64,000 bases of DNA from an uncultured Gammaproteobacteria bacterium (lineage in GTDB: Bacteria; Patescibacteriota; Microgenomatia; Levybacterales; UBA12049), in assembly GCA_964521295.1 (NCBI GenBank), contig CAZFRF010000001.1:270146-334145 (forward strand). Reading direction: 5' to 3'. The position numbers and the translations under genes are program-made. The notes beneath the pieces are model-generated. The model made no database searches, was not told the DNA's origin, and saw only the letters and a list, made by a program, of their open reading frames with translations. This document shows, piece after piece, positions 22,100-32,227 of the stretch. Position 1 is the first letter of the stretch. Every line of letters starts with the position of its first letter.

Positions 22100-24675
22100 T
22101 TTTTATAAATACTTATTTCAACAGGGCTTTGAACAATCGCAGCCATATAGTAGTTTAAATCATTTGTAAACAGAAATAAATATTTAAAATTAGGAGAAAA
22201 TTCTTTTATCAATTTATATTTATTTTTCTGTAAATTTTTATATATATCTTTTGTTTCTGAATTATGTTTATACATAGATTCAATACCAACGTTAGTTAGA
22301 ATTACATATTCAGGATAGGTTTTATCACTTGTTTGTATTATTTTGTATTTATATTTATTATTATTCTCGATCTTATACTGCTTAAAATAAAACTCTTTAA
22401 CAACCAAGTCTGGCAACCCTTGATAAATTGGAATATTTTGTATTCCAATTGTAGAATTTATTGGAATATTTTTATTTATCCAATACGTTGATGATTGACG
22501 AGGATCACTAAATAATTTTAGAGGCATCCATGAAAATGATTCAACTACCTGGAGAAGGATAATGAAAATTATAAAAATTAGAATTAACAAGTTATTAAAT
22601 CTTTTCAACAAAAACTTAATAAGATAACTAACAAAATATGCAAAAAATGGAATTAAAATTAATACTCGATTATTTGTAGCATCTAATTTTAAAGGAATTA
22701 AGCTACAGGCAAATAAAATAAAAATTATAATAAAAGTAATTAATGTTCTATTTTCAAAAATATATCTATATTTATTTTTTAAAATAAATATGTTTCCTAG
22801 TAAAATAGAAATAAAAAGAATCATACCTAAAATTGCAATAATATAAAAAGTATGACTAAAAAGAGTAGGAAATAAATCTATTAATAAATAAGGCCAAATT
22901 TTGTTTGTAATTTGAAAATTTGCCACATTAAAATCTGGTGTCCTAGATAAAGTAGATGAAAGATATTCATTTAAACTACCCTTAGCCAAAAGAATATCTA
23001 TGACTCCGAAAGATAAAAAAGTGGATATATATATCACTCCTCCCTTTATAAGAGTAAAGATATGACTTCTCCAATTTTTATTAAAAATAAATATTAATCC
23101 TAATATCGGAATAAGCGCAAAAGGTGAAAGCTTTACGGATAAAGCCAAGGCGGATAATAAACATGCAAAGTAAAAATAATAATACTTAAATTCTTTTACG
23201 TATTTCAGAATAAATAGTATTGATAATAATGTCCAAAACATTAAGGCAATATCGTACTTAAAATACCCACTTAACATTAGCCACATAGGATTAAAAGTAA
23301 AAAAGAAGGTTGAGATCACTGGATTAATTTTTAAAATTTTTTTAGATAAATAATAAAACGCAAGAATACTTAATATTCCAAACAAAATAGTATTTGTACG
23401 CAAAACAATAAATAAGACCTGTTGAATATCAATGTTTAATACAGATGATTTGATTAAAAAAGGATTTACGACTTTTATTACCATAAACGGAATTAAATAT
23501 AAACCCGTTAAGAAAAAATGGAATATTGATCCATTTGCGGAGCCAGAAATATTTGGAGAACCAAATTTAAATAAGTTTCTTACTGACTGACTTTGATGCC
23601 ACTCATCCATAAAGTAATTAAAAGGATGACTATTTCCAGGAATTCCCCAACTAATCTGCGCCAGGCAAGCCCCAATGTAAATTAATAAAATAATTAAAAG
23701 CATTCTTTGCTTAAACAGTTTTCTTGTTAATAAATTAAAATTTACACCTACAAAAAACGCCTTAACTGTTCCAGACAAAACAGCAAAATCTGCAATAAAT
23801 TGAATCAGCGGCAAAAATATTAAACCTTTAATATTTTTTACATATTTATAATTTTTAAGAATTATCCAGAACAAATAAACTATCGCCCCTCCAGTAATCA
23901 ATAAATTTAGATACAATGATTTCATAATTGGAATCAAAATTACTAAATAGAGAGCAATAAAATATCTATAAATAAGCCAAAAAACTTTTTCTCTAATAAT
24001 ACCCGACTCAATATCTCCATATGCAAATCTATAAAACATTTTAAAAGCTGATTTTATATTAGATCTAGGTTGCCAATAGACAATCGCGTTTTGAATAAAT
24101 TTAATATTAAAACCTTCGTCCTTTATTTTGTTTGCAAACACATAATCTTCATTGTGGGAATATTTAACATCAAAGCCCCCAATACTCGACCATACTTTTT
24201 TCCTTAAAGCCATTGATCTTGTAGCAGGTAAAAAAGTGTTTGGATCCACTTTATCTGGCATAACCAATGCATATGGTATTAATGACTTTTGAAAAATACT
24301 TGCATGTTTCCCTTTATAATATCCAGCAACAACATCTACATTTGGAGAAAAAGATGAATACATATTTTTTACCCAATCTTTATGAAGCTCACATCCAGAA
24401 TCAGTAATTAGTATAATCTCAAATTTTGATTTTTTAATCGCTAAATTTCTACCTAAAGACCGATTCCCTTTTTTAACAAAAAATTTGATATTTAATTTTT
24501 TATGTTTCGAAGAAATTTCTTGGATTTTATTAACAGTTTTATCATTACTTCCCCCGTCAACAATTATAATTTCCGATGGTAATAGTGTCTGCTTGACTAC
24601 AGACTCTAAAAACCTACTAACTGTATCCTCTTCGTTTAAAACAGTACAAATTAATGAACATTTAGCCTTAGCCAT
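22096..24675 (-). CDS. Fusion protein: N-terminal GT2 glycosyltransferase plus large C-terminal polytopic membrane domain
   Basis: N-terminal CSLICTVLNEEDTV, IIIVDGGSNDKT, ITDSGCE, NEDYVF are GT2 motifs. About 15 TM helices and a Lys/Tyr-rich soluble tail follow. 859 aa. Same architecture as 14042-16255. Confidence 0.7.
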   Translation of the reverse strand: MAKAKCSLICTVLNEEDTVSRFLESVVKQTLLPSEIIIVDGGSNDKTVNKIQEISSKHKKLNIKFFVKKGNRSLGRNLAIKKSKFEIILITDSGCELHKDWVKNMYSSFSPNVDVVAGYYKGKHASIFQKSLIPYALVMPDKVDPNTFLPATRSMALRKKVWSSIGGFDVKYSHNEDYVFANKIKDEGFNIKFIQNAIVYWQPRSNIKSAFKMFYRFAYGDIESGIIREKVFWLIYRYFIALYLVILIPIMKSLYLNLLITGGAIVYLFWIILKNYKYVKNIKGLIFLPLIQFIADFAVLSGTVKAFFVGVNFNLLTRKLFKQRMLLIILLIYIGACLAQISWGIPGNSHPFNYFMDEWHQSQSVRNLFKFGSPNISGSANGSIFHFFLTGLYLIPFMVIKVVNPFLIKSSVLNIDIQQVLFIVLRTNTILFGILSILAFYYLSKKILKINPVISTFFFTFNPMWLMLSGYFKYDIALMFWTLLSILFILKYVKEFKYYYFYFACLLSALALSVKLSPFALIPILGLIFIFNKNWRSHIFTLIKGGVIYISTFLSFGVIDILLAKGSLNEYLSSTLSRTPDFNVANFQITNKIWPYLLIDLFPTLFSHTFYIIAILGMILFISILLGNIFILKNKYRYIFENRTLITFIIIFILFACSLIPLKLDATNNRVLILIPFFAYFVSYLIKFLLKRFNNLLILIFIIFIILLQVVESFSWMPLKLFSDPRQSSTYWINKNIPINSTIGIQNIPIYQGLPDLVVKEFYFKQYKIENNNKYKYKIIQTSDKTYPEYVILTNVGIESMYKHNSETKDIYKNLQKNKYKLIKEFSPNFKYLFLFTNDLNYYMAAIVQSPVEISIYKK

Positions 24676-24722
24676 ATTGTGGTTGAATTATAGCACCTCC
24701 TACATTAGAATACAGAGATATT

Positions 24723-26582
24723 ATGGGATTCATTAATTCTTTATTTACTAATATAATTCAGAATTTTAATTATGTAAAAAATGATTTTACGGGATTTAAT
24801 TTAGATATTAGTTTTATACTAAATTTTATTTTCAATTTAATCGTAACAGTAATTATATTTAATCTAACATATTTATTTGGAAAGAAAATATTTTCATTAT
24901 TTAATAAAAACTTTGAAAGTAAACCATACTCTTATCTTGTCTCAATTGGAATAGGATATATTTTTTCATCATTAGGAATTACCTTACTCGGCTTCTTTCA
25001 TTTGCTTTACCCTCAATTAATCTCAATCTATCTTTTATGCATTATTTTTATTTCATTTTTTCCATTTAATAATTTAAAAAAAACATTTTTTGAATTATTT
25101 ATATATATTAAAAATGAAATTATCTATTTCAAGCAATTTAAGGCAATTTTTATTGTTGCTTTTCTTTTTATTTTACTCGGATTTATTAATCTTATTAATC
25201 CCGAATACAGAGAAGATCAATACCATGTTGACTTACCAAGGCAGTATTTAAAATTTAACACAAATATGATTCCACCAAAGGAACAACTACATGTTTCAGC
25301 AGCTCCTCAAACCGCAGAATCGTATTATTTAATTGGAATATTTTTATTATCTAAAGAAGCAGCTAGATTTTTACATTTTTACTTTTATTTACTAACAATC
25401 TTAGCATTGATAAACTATTCAAAAATAAGCAGTAAATATAAATTTGCTATCTATACACCTCTACTATTAGTAAGCAGTCCTGTCATTATTAAAGAAACCT
25501 CATCCATGTATACAGACTTCCAATGGCTCTTCTGCTTACTCATTTCAACTTTAATATTAATTGATCAGTATAAAAATAAATTAGCTACTTATTCATTGTC
25601 TGGATTATTCTTTGGTGGCATAGTTGCTTCAAAACTCTGGACAATTATATTTTACCCAGTGTTCATTATTTTTCTTACTTTTCTAAATAAATTTAAAAAA
25701 ATAACAATTAAATATATAGTATTATTTATTTCTTTTTCTCTTGTTACGTATGGAATTTGGATAATAAGATCATATATTTTAACAGGTAATCCGTTATATC
25801 CAGCATTTATTGATCATCTAAATCTTGATGGGACAAGAGAGAAAATAAATTTGTTTCAGTATATTGGAATAAATTATGGGTTACTTAATCCAAAGTATTT
25901 TATAAATGTATTTTCTCCTTTGTTTTTTGTTGGAATATTATTTTGTATTTTAAATTTCAAAAACATTTATAAAAAAATAAATCTATTACAAATTAATAAA
26001 ATAATTTTCATCACGTTTATTACATATTTACTAGTCCAATATATCTTTGGGAGATATATGATTGGACTCTATATTTTCTTAATCTTCATTTCCGCTCTTT
26101 CAATTAATGAGTTTGTTAAAAAAAATAAATTACTAAACGCTGTTTTAATATTTATGCCAATAATTGTATTTATTTATTATTTTATAAATTCTTTTTTAAT
26201 ATTGCCCTACTCGCTTGGCTTCAGCGATAAAAATAATTATTTAACGCGAATTTTAATAAGAGATAATTCAAGTTATTTTGATTTTGGGAAACAGTTTAAT
26301 AAATATATAAAAAGTGATGATGTTGTTGGATTCTATAATTTCCATGGGTATTATTATGCAGACTTTCAATATACTGATGTAAATTTTTTAATTAATAAGA
26401 GAGAACAGTCGATTCTGACATTGAAAAAAAATGGCATAAAATTATTAATATTAAGAGGTGATAATTTTAAATTTTTCTGTAAGAAATATTCACTAAAAGA
26501 TTGTGATACATATCAACCCAAACTTATTTCGCAATATAATTTCTTTCCTTTCATATTTTTATATTCTTTTAAGAATTTATGA
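24723..26582 (+). CDS. Polytopic membrane protein (possible GT-C-like), function unknown
   Basis: 619 aa, more than 12 hydrophobic helices with a C-terminal soluble region. Lies inside the glycosylation locus. No motif identified. Confidence 0.4.
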   Translation: MGFINSLFTNIIQNFNYVKNDFTGFNLDISFILNFIFNLIVTVIIFNLTYLFGKKIFSLFNKNFESKPYSYLVSIGIGYIFSSLGITLLGFFHLLYPQLISIYLLCIIFISFFPFNNLKKTFFELFIYIKNEIIYFKQFKAIFIVAFLFILLGFINLINPEYREDQYHVDLPRQYLKFNTNMIPPKEQLHVSAAPQTAESYYLIGIFLLSKEAARFLHFYFYLLTILALINYSKISSKYKFAIYTPLLLVSSPVIIKETSSMYTDFQWLFCLLISTLILIDQYKNKLATYSLSGLFFGGIVASKLWTIIFYPVFIIFLTFLNKFKKITIKYIVLFISFSLVTYGIWIIRSYILTGNPLYPAFIDHLNLDGTREKINLFQYIGINYGLLNPKYFINVFSPLFFVGILFCILNFKNIYKKINLLQINKIIFITFITYLLVQYIFGRYMIGLYIFLIFISALSINEFVKKNKLLNAVLIFMPIIVFIYYFINSFLILPYSLGFSDKNNYLTRILIRDNSSYFDFGKQFNKYIKSDDVVGFYNFHGYYYADFQYTDVNFLINKREQSILTLKKNGIKLLILRGDNFKFFCKKYSLKDCDTYQPKLISQYNFFPFIFLYSFKNL

Positions 26583-28324
26583 TAACACCATATAAATTAG
26601 TATTCATAAACCTGTTATTTTTAATTTTTTTAACTTTGCTTATTTTTATATTCAAAATAATTTTTCCAAAAAAGAAAGTTAACCCTTTATTTTTACTTTT
26701 ATTATTAAGTCTAGGTACATCAATTAGCATATTACGCATTGGCTCATATGAAAGTGGGGATTTCAATATACATGCCTACAGGTCCATTGAATTCTATAAA
26801 AATATCCTTGAAGGATTCATTTATCCTTCTTGGGCAGGAGACTTAAACGCATTATATGGTTTACCATTATTTATGTTTAATTATACTTTACCTTACTACT
26901 TTACAACGATCGCGCACCTTATAGGATTTTCATTTATTAATTCGTTAAAATTTTTTCTAATTACTAATTTAGTATTAACAAGTTTATTTAGTTATATTTT
27001 AGGATTAACAGTATTTAATAATAACAAGTTGCATGCATTTGTATTTGCAATCTTATATTCTTTTTTTCCTTATCATCTGATTTCTGTGCATTATAAGATC
27101 ACACTTGGTGAAATATCTTCCTATACATTACTTCCTTTATTTTTTTATTTTGTCTCACTAACTAATAAAACTAAAAAAAATATATTTCTTATACATTCAT
27201 CGTTAATTTATTATTTTATATTTATTAGTCATATTTTCATAGCAATTTTTACTATTCCACTATTGTTCTCATATTTATTTATAAATGGCAATGATAAATT
27301 AAGAAATTTAATCAAATTTTCTTTTATAGTGATTTTTTCATTAACATTATCAGCATACCAATGGGTACCAAGTATTTTATTTCAATCTCAACTTTATATA
27401 ACACATATTAATATAGATCTAAACAACATATTCTTCCCATCAATCATCGATCTACTATATTCGCCTTGGAGATTTGGTTTTTTATTTCAAGGGCCAAACG
27501 GAGAAATATCTTACTTACTCGGTTACACTCAAATAGCATTAATTTTAATTACGATAATTTTTATATATAAACGTAGATTTTTAAATTTTGAAAAAAAACA
27601 AATATACTTTTGGCTTATTTTTTTCGTTTTATATTTATTTCTACTACTCCCTCAATCTAAACTATTTTGGGACTTTATACCTATATTGGGTGGCTCTGGA
27701 CCACATAGACTACTAGTTATTATGGGTTTAATAACAACTTTTATCTGCTCTATTACAATAAGTAAAATAAAAAATAAAAAAGTAATTTACTTAATAATAT
27801 TATTTGCTATAGGATCAACCATTTTAAACTGGGGACATAGAAAAGTTATACCCGAAATAAACGATGAATATTTAATAAAAACTCTTCCTCTTAGCACTTA
27901 TAATATAGACAATCATTTTTATGCAGCTACAATTTATCAAAACCCAAAAAAGCTATGGGAAAATATGATTCCAATTAATTCATTTCAACCGAACGAATCA
28001 ATTTCTTCCATTATTATCAAAAGATCTCAAAATGAACATATATATAAAATGTCTGTGAAATACAATACAATCGTAAGTGAAAATACTTTATATTTTCCTG
28101 GATGGAATGTATATGCAAATAATAATAAATTAAAAATTTACCCAAATAATAAGGGGCACATTTCTTTTGCTATTAATAAAGGAGAATATATTGTTTTAAT
28201 TAAATATGAGGATGTTTATATTATCAGCTTACTTAAAAAAATAAGTTTATTTTTATTTATAGCATCTCTACTCACCATAGTCCTTATTAAAATTAAATCT
28301 TCCAAAGTTTTATATAAACATTAG
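26579..28324 (+). CDS. Polytopic membrane protein (possible GT-C-like), function unknown
   Basis: 581 aa, more than 12 hydrophobic helices plus a C-terminal beta-rich domain. Translationally coupled to the upstream gene (4-bp overlap). Confidence 0.4.
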   Translation: MITPYKLVFINLLFLIFLTLLIFIFKIIFPKKKVNPLFLLLLLSLGTSISILRIGSYESGDFNIHAYRSIEFYKNILEGFIYPSWAGDLNALYGLPLFMFNYTLPYYFTTIAHLIGFSFINSLKFFLITNLVLTSLFSYILGLTVFNNNKLHAFVFAILYSFFPYHLISVHYKITLGEISSYTLLPLFFYFVSLTNKTKKNIFLIHSSLIYYFIFISHIFIAIFTIPLLFSYLFINGNDKLRNLIKFSFIVIFSLTLSAYQWVPSILFQSQLYITHINIDLNNIFFPSIIDLLYSPWRFGFLFQGPNGEISYLLGYTQIALILITIIFIYKRRFLNFEKKQIYFWLIFFVLYLFLLLPQSKLFWDFIPILGGSGPHRLLVIMGLITTFICSITISKIKNKKVIYLIILFAIGSTILNWGHRKVIPEINDEYLIKTLPLSTYNIDNHFYAATIYQNPKKLWENMIPINSFQPNESISSIIIKRSQNEHIYKMSVKYNTIVSENTLYFPGWNVYANNNKLKIYPNNKGHISFAINKGEYIVLIKYEDVYIISLLKKISLFLFIASLLTIVLIKIKSSKVLYKH

Positions 28325-29324
28325 TCACTTCCTCCCATGTCAAAAGAATCTTGGAAGCACTTGAATAATTCAATATATCTTTATTTAATAAATATTTTTT
28401 TATAGAATTTGAGACTTGATAACTGTCTTTACATATAAATATGTTTTTGCTGAATGGCGTCATCTCTAAATAATCTTTTTTAATTTCGTTATTATACACA
28501 GCGAAAATAGGTTTTTTGGCAGCTAATGCCTCAAGTATTCCTAAATACCTAGAAACAAATACATATGAATAGTTGGGTAAAAATTTTTCAACATTATATA
28601 CAAATCCTTTAAAGGATACGTTTAATTTATGTCTTTTAACAAATCTAAAAGCATTTTTAAATTGTTCACCATTCCCATATACATCTAGACTTAGTTCATT
28701 ATTTTCATCTTTTAATATTTTTATCGCTTTCAAATAATCCATTATTCCAGCTTCCTCTTCTAATCTACCAATATACATTACTTTATTTGAAAATTTGATT
28801 TTACTGTTATTAAATTTTTGCTTTTCTACTCCTCCAAAAATAACGAAAGTTGGATTTGTTTTATACCATTTTTTAAAAAAATCTCCTACACATATATTTC
28901 CTCTTGAAAGTTTTTCCGCAAGTTTATGCATAAACTTCGCTTTTAAGTTTGGGATATTATTCCCCTCATAACCGTGAAAAGTTGTATAGATTTTTTTATT
29001 AAAAAATAAAAATCTAAATGGTAAATACCAATAGAAAACATCATGACAATGTACAATATCTGCTTGTCTTATTTCGTTCAGGTATTTAAATAAATTTATC
29101 CAAATAATAAACTTTTTAAGCTTATTCTCTTTTATTGAAGGTATGAAAATTACCTCCTCACCATTATTGTGTAGGTTTAATTTTTTATTATTGACTACAG
29201 GTTCTTCGGCAATAATTTTAACTGAGTATCCTTTTTTAATTAATTCTTTACTAATTTGCCAAATATGCTTTTCTACTCCTCCAATATTTGGATAATAAGA
29301 TCTTGTTAAAAATAAAATTTTCAT
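28293..29324 (-). CDS. Glycosyltransferase family 4 (GT-B fold)
   Basis: N-terminal MKILFLTRSYYPNIGGVEKH is a typical GT4 N-terminal donor-substrate loop. 343 aa. Confidence 0.7.
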   Translation of the reverse strand: MKILFLTRSYYPNIGGVEKHIWQISKELIKKGYSVKIIAEEPVVNNKKLNLHNNGEEVIFIPSIKENKLKKFIIWINLFKYLNEIRQADIVHCHDVFYWYLPFRFLFFNKKIYTTFHGYEGNNIPNLKAKFMHKLAEKLSRGNICVGDFFKKWYKTNPTFVIFGGVEKQKFNNSKIKFSNKVMYIGRLEEEAGIMDYLKAIKILKDENNELSLDVYGNGEQFKNAFRFVKRHKLNVSFKGFVYNVEKFLPNYSYVFVSRYLGILEALAAKKPIFAVYNNEIKKDYLEMTPFSKNIFICKDSYQVSNSIKKYLLNKDILNYSSASKILLTWEEVTNVYIKLWKI

Positions 29325-29371
29325 ATCCAGATTCTAACACAATCTAAGAAGCTAAAGAAGATAAAAAATCA

Positions 29372-29995
29372 TTATTCTGTTATTTTCTCGATTCCCTCAG
29401 GAGACTCTATTTCAATTGAATTTAAACAAGAATTGTATTTTCCAGTTACTATAACTAAATTGTTCGAAAATTTATAAAAATCGACGTCCTTATTATAAGG
29501 GAGATAGATTGCTTGATCTGATGAATCTGTTAACAAAACTGTTCGTTTTGTTATTTTCTTTTGTGGAGTAGAAATTATATTTAATACATAATCGACAGGT
29601 CCAACCCTATCTGTATATATTTCCCTAAAATTCAAGATTTTTACATATCCCAAAATACTTTGAGTTCCTTTTTCACAAATAACTTTATTTCCGCCAAATA
29701 ATCCAAAAACAGACAGAAACATTAATACACCAGCTATACCTAAACTTCCTTTAAACGTAAAACTAAATGCTTTTTGTTTTTTAATTTCCTCAAGTAGTTC
29801 AATAACTCTTCTTAATGGATTTCCAATTCTTATATCTAATAAATCGTCCTCGTCTTTATAGTTACCTGTATGACTATAAATAAATTTTTCTAAAGGATTT
29901 TTTGCTGATTTATAATCTGGAGCGCTAATAAAATGGCCTTTTTCGTCTCTAGGTCTACTCTTTGTCACTTCACTTCTTAATTTATCAGCAGACAT
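29372..29995 (-). CDS. Hypothetical membrane-anchored protein
   Basis: 207 aa ORF with one central TM helix (LGIAGVLMFLSVFGLFGG). No recognisable domain. Confidence 0.4.
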   Translation of the reverse strand: MSADKLRSEVTKSRPRDEKGHFISAPDYKSAKNPLEKFIYSHTGNYKDEDDLLDIRIGNPLRRVIELLEEIKKQKAFSFTFKGSLGIAGVLMFLSVFGLFGGNKVICEKGTQSILGYVKILNFREIYTDRVGPVDYVLNIISTPQKKITKRTVLLTDSSDQAIYLPYNKDVDFYKFSNNLVIVTGKYNSCLNSIEIESPEGIEKITE

Positions 29996-30033
29996 AATTA
30001 ATTATGAATATATATCATTACAAAAATCAAGTG

Positions 30034-30105
30034 TGGACTTGAGAGGATTTGAACCTCTGACTTTTTCAATGTGAATGAAACGCTCTACCCCTGAGCTACA
30101 AGTCC
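30034..30105 (-). tRNA. tRNA-Val (anticodon CAC)
   Basis: The reverse complement folds as a cloverleaf. Acceptor GGACTTG/CAAGTCC, D-arm GCTC-AGGGGTA-GAGC, anticodon stem TTTCA/TGAAA with loop TTCACAT (anticodon CAC), T-arm AGAGG-TTCAAAT-CCTCT, discriminator A. Confidence 0.85.
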
Positions 30106-30159
30106 ATAAAAATTATATCTCCAATTGACAAAAAAGTCTAAAGTTGACACAATTAATTA

Positions 30160-30720
30160 ATGAGGTTTCTTCAAAAAATCTGGGCGTTTTTACTTGATAG
30201 CGCCCAAACATTTTTAATAGCAGCAGCAATATTTTTGGTAATTTATCTATTTTTATTTAGACCATATGAAGTCCAAGGAGAATCAATGTATCCTAATTTT
30301 TATAATAAGGAATATGTTTTAACTAATTTAATTATTTTAAGATTTAAAGCTCCCAAAATGGGAGATGTGGTCGTATTTAAATCTCCTGCTGAACCAGAAA
30401 AAGACTATATCAAAAGAGTAATTGGTGTTCCAGGAGATAAGGTGATGATAAAAGACGGAAGCGTATACTTAAATGGTAAAATATTAGACGAGTCATCTTT
30501 TCTCAGCTCTAATGTAAAAACCTTCCCAGGCGGTTTCCTTCAAGAGGGACAGGAGGTAACAGTTCCAGAGGAAAAATACATTGTTCTTGGTGACAACCGA
30601 GGCGCGAGTTCTGATTCAAGAGAATGGGGATTTGTTTCCAAAAATGCAATTATCGGAGAGTCATTATTTGTTTATTTACCCGTAAATCGAATGAGGTTAG
30701 TTGAAAATCCCTATAATTAA
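30160..30720 (+). CDS. lepB: Signal peptidase I
   Basis: N-terminal TM, catalytic-Ser box (GESMYPNF), Lys box (YIKRVIGVPGD) and GDNRGASSDSREWGFV box E. Confidence 0.85.
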   Translation: MRFLQKIWAFLLDSAQTFLIAAAIFLVIYLFLFRPYEVQGESMYPNFYNKEYVLTNLIILRFKAPKMGDVVVFKSPAEPEKDYIKRVIGVPGDKVMIKDGSVYLNGKILDESSFLSSNVKTFPGGFLQEGQEVTVPEEKYIVLGDNRGASSDSREWGFVSKNAIIGESLFVYLPVNRMRLVENPYN

Positions 30721-31535
30721 CTTTTATTTAACAGCTCAAATATTTCTTTAATCTTAGGTCCTGTTACATCTACGTCACCTTTTAGAACGATTTGAATTTT
30801 TGCTTGAGTTCTAGATTGCGACATTGCAACCTTATTGAAACCTCTTATCTCCTCTAATTTTTTAGACATTTCATCTAATTCTGGTACCCAAAGCTTATTA
30901 ACTTTTGTTCTTGGCTCTTTCTTCTGAACCTCTCCCTTAACTTGTCTCGCCAACTCTTCTGTTTCTCTTACGGTACTATTTTCTTTAAGGATTCTTTTAA
31001 ACAACTCTAGCATTAGTTTAGGATCACCGAGAGAAATTAATGGCCTTACATGACCCTCCGTGATAACACCAGCAACAAGCGCGTCCTTAATAGCATCTGG
31101 AAGAGACAATAATCTTATCGTATTGGAAACAGTTGGCGCACTCTTACCAAGTCTTCTAGCAACCTCATTAGTTCCAAGCCCAAACTCTTCAATGAGTCTT
31201 TTGTATGCCATTGCTCTCTCTATTGGATTTAAATCTTCTCTTTGTACATTCTCAACTATTGACATCTCTAACATGCCTTGGGGAGTTGTTTCTTTAATAA
31301 CAACTGGTACTTTTGGAAGACCCAATACCTTTGCAGCTCTCCAACGTCTTTCACCTGCTATGATTTGATATCCTGCAGGAGTCTTAGCTACGACAATAGG
31401 TTCTAATATTCCTTGTTCTCTTATTGAATCAACTAATTCCTGAAGTGAATCGGGAGAAATAATACCTCTGGGCTGCAAAGGATTAGCTTGCAGCATATTA
31501 ATTTCAAGTTCAAAAATTCTATCTGATATTTCCAT
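30717..31535 (-). CDS. parB: Chromosome partitioning protein ParB/Spo0J
   Basis: ParB N-terminal domain GERRWRAAKVLGL and an HTH. 272 aa. No parA is adjacent. Confidence 0.85.
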   Translation of the reverse strand: MEISDRIFELEINMLQANPLQPRGIISPDSLQELVDSIREQGILEPIVVAKTPAGYQIIAGERRWRAAKVLGLPKVPVVIKETTPQGMLEMSIVENVQREDLNPIERAMAYKRLIEEFGLGTNEVARRLGKSAPTVSNTIRLLSLPDAIKDALVAGVITEGHVRPLISLGDPKLMLELFKRILKENSTVRETEELARQVKGEVQKKEPRTKVNKLWVPELDEMSKKLEEIRGFNKVAMSQSRTQAKIQIVLKGDVDVTGPKIKEIFELLNKS

Positions 31536-31549
31536 TTTTTATAAATTTA

Positions 31550-31798
31550 TTAAGCTGAAACTTCTATAAATTTCTTGGAATTTAATTTTTTAAATTTAAC
31601 AATTCCACTTATTAAAGAAAACAAAGTATAATCTTTACCCATGCCTACATTTTTACCAGCATGAAATTTAGTTCCTTTTTGTCTAACTAAAATACTACCT
31701 GGCTTAGCCTCCTGCCCACCATAAATCTTAACGCCTAAGCGCTTGGCTCTCGAATCTCTATTTCCTTTAACTGCTCCTTGTGCTTTTGTATGTGCCAT
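31550..31798 (-). CDS. rpmA: 50S ribosomal protein L27
   Basis: [24 protein letters not shown]...[15 protein letters not shown] is a near-universal L27 sequence. Confidence 0.95.
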   Translation of the reverse strand: MAHTKAQGAVKGNRDSRAKRLGVKIYGGQEAKPGSILVRQKGTKFHAGKNVGMGKDYTLFSLISGIVKFKKLNSKKFIEVSA

Positions 31799-31859
31799 AT
31801 TAGTGTTGTGAAAACTGATTTATTTTATCTCGACTTTTCACAGTCTGTCAAGATACAAA

Positions 31860-32204
31860 TTATTTCTTTTCTTCGGTTTTTTTAGCCTTAGACTCTCCAC
31901 CAATTTTTTCAATTTGTACTTTTGTTAAAGATGCCCTAAAGCCTGTTGTTCTTCTAAATCTAACCTTTGCTTTATACTTAGAAACTCTAATCTTATCTCC
32001 TTTTAGATGTTCGAGAATATTAGCTTCAACTGTTTCGCCAGGTACAAAAGGTTTTCCCACTTTTACGTTTGAATCATTAACTACAAGCAATACCTCATTA
32101 AAGGATACTATACCTTTTTCCTCAGACAATCTATCAACTAATATAGTGTCTCCTTCAGAGACTCTATATTGTTTCCCACCAGTTTTTATTACAGCGTATT
32201 GCAT
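31860..32204 (-). CDS. rplU: 50S ribosomal protein L21
   Basis: MQYAVIKTGGKQYRVSEGDTI is the canonical L21 N-terminus. It sits directly upstream of rpmA. Confidence 0.9.
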   Translation of the reverse strand: MQYAVIKTGGKQYRVSEGDTILVDRLSEEKGIVSFNEVLLVVNDSNVKVGKPFVPGETVEANILEHLKGDKIRVSKYKAKVRFRRTTGFRASLTKVQIEKIGGESKAKKTEEKK

Positions 32205-32227
32205 AGAAGCTAATTATAGCAAATATT

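Noticed and set aside
24485-24736. 83-aa plus-strand ORF overlapping the start of the GT2-fusion gene
   Set aside because: It is antisense to a well-supported GT2 N-terminal domain and runs into the divergent promoter region. Likely spurious.
29996-30159. tRNA-Val locus as a possible integration site for a mobile element
   Set aside because: No integrase, recombinase or tRNA 3'-end direct repeat is found nearby. The flanking genes are housekeeping (lepB) or glycosylation genes continuous with the locus.
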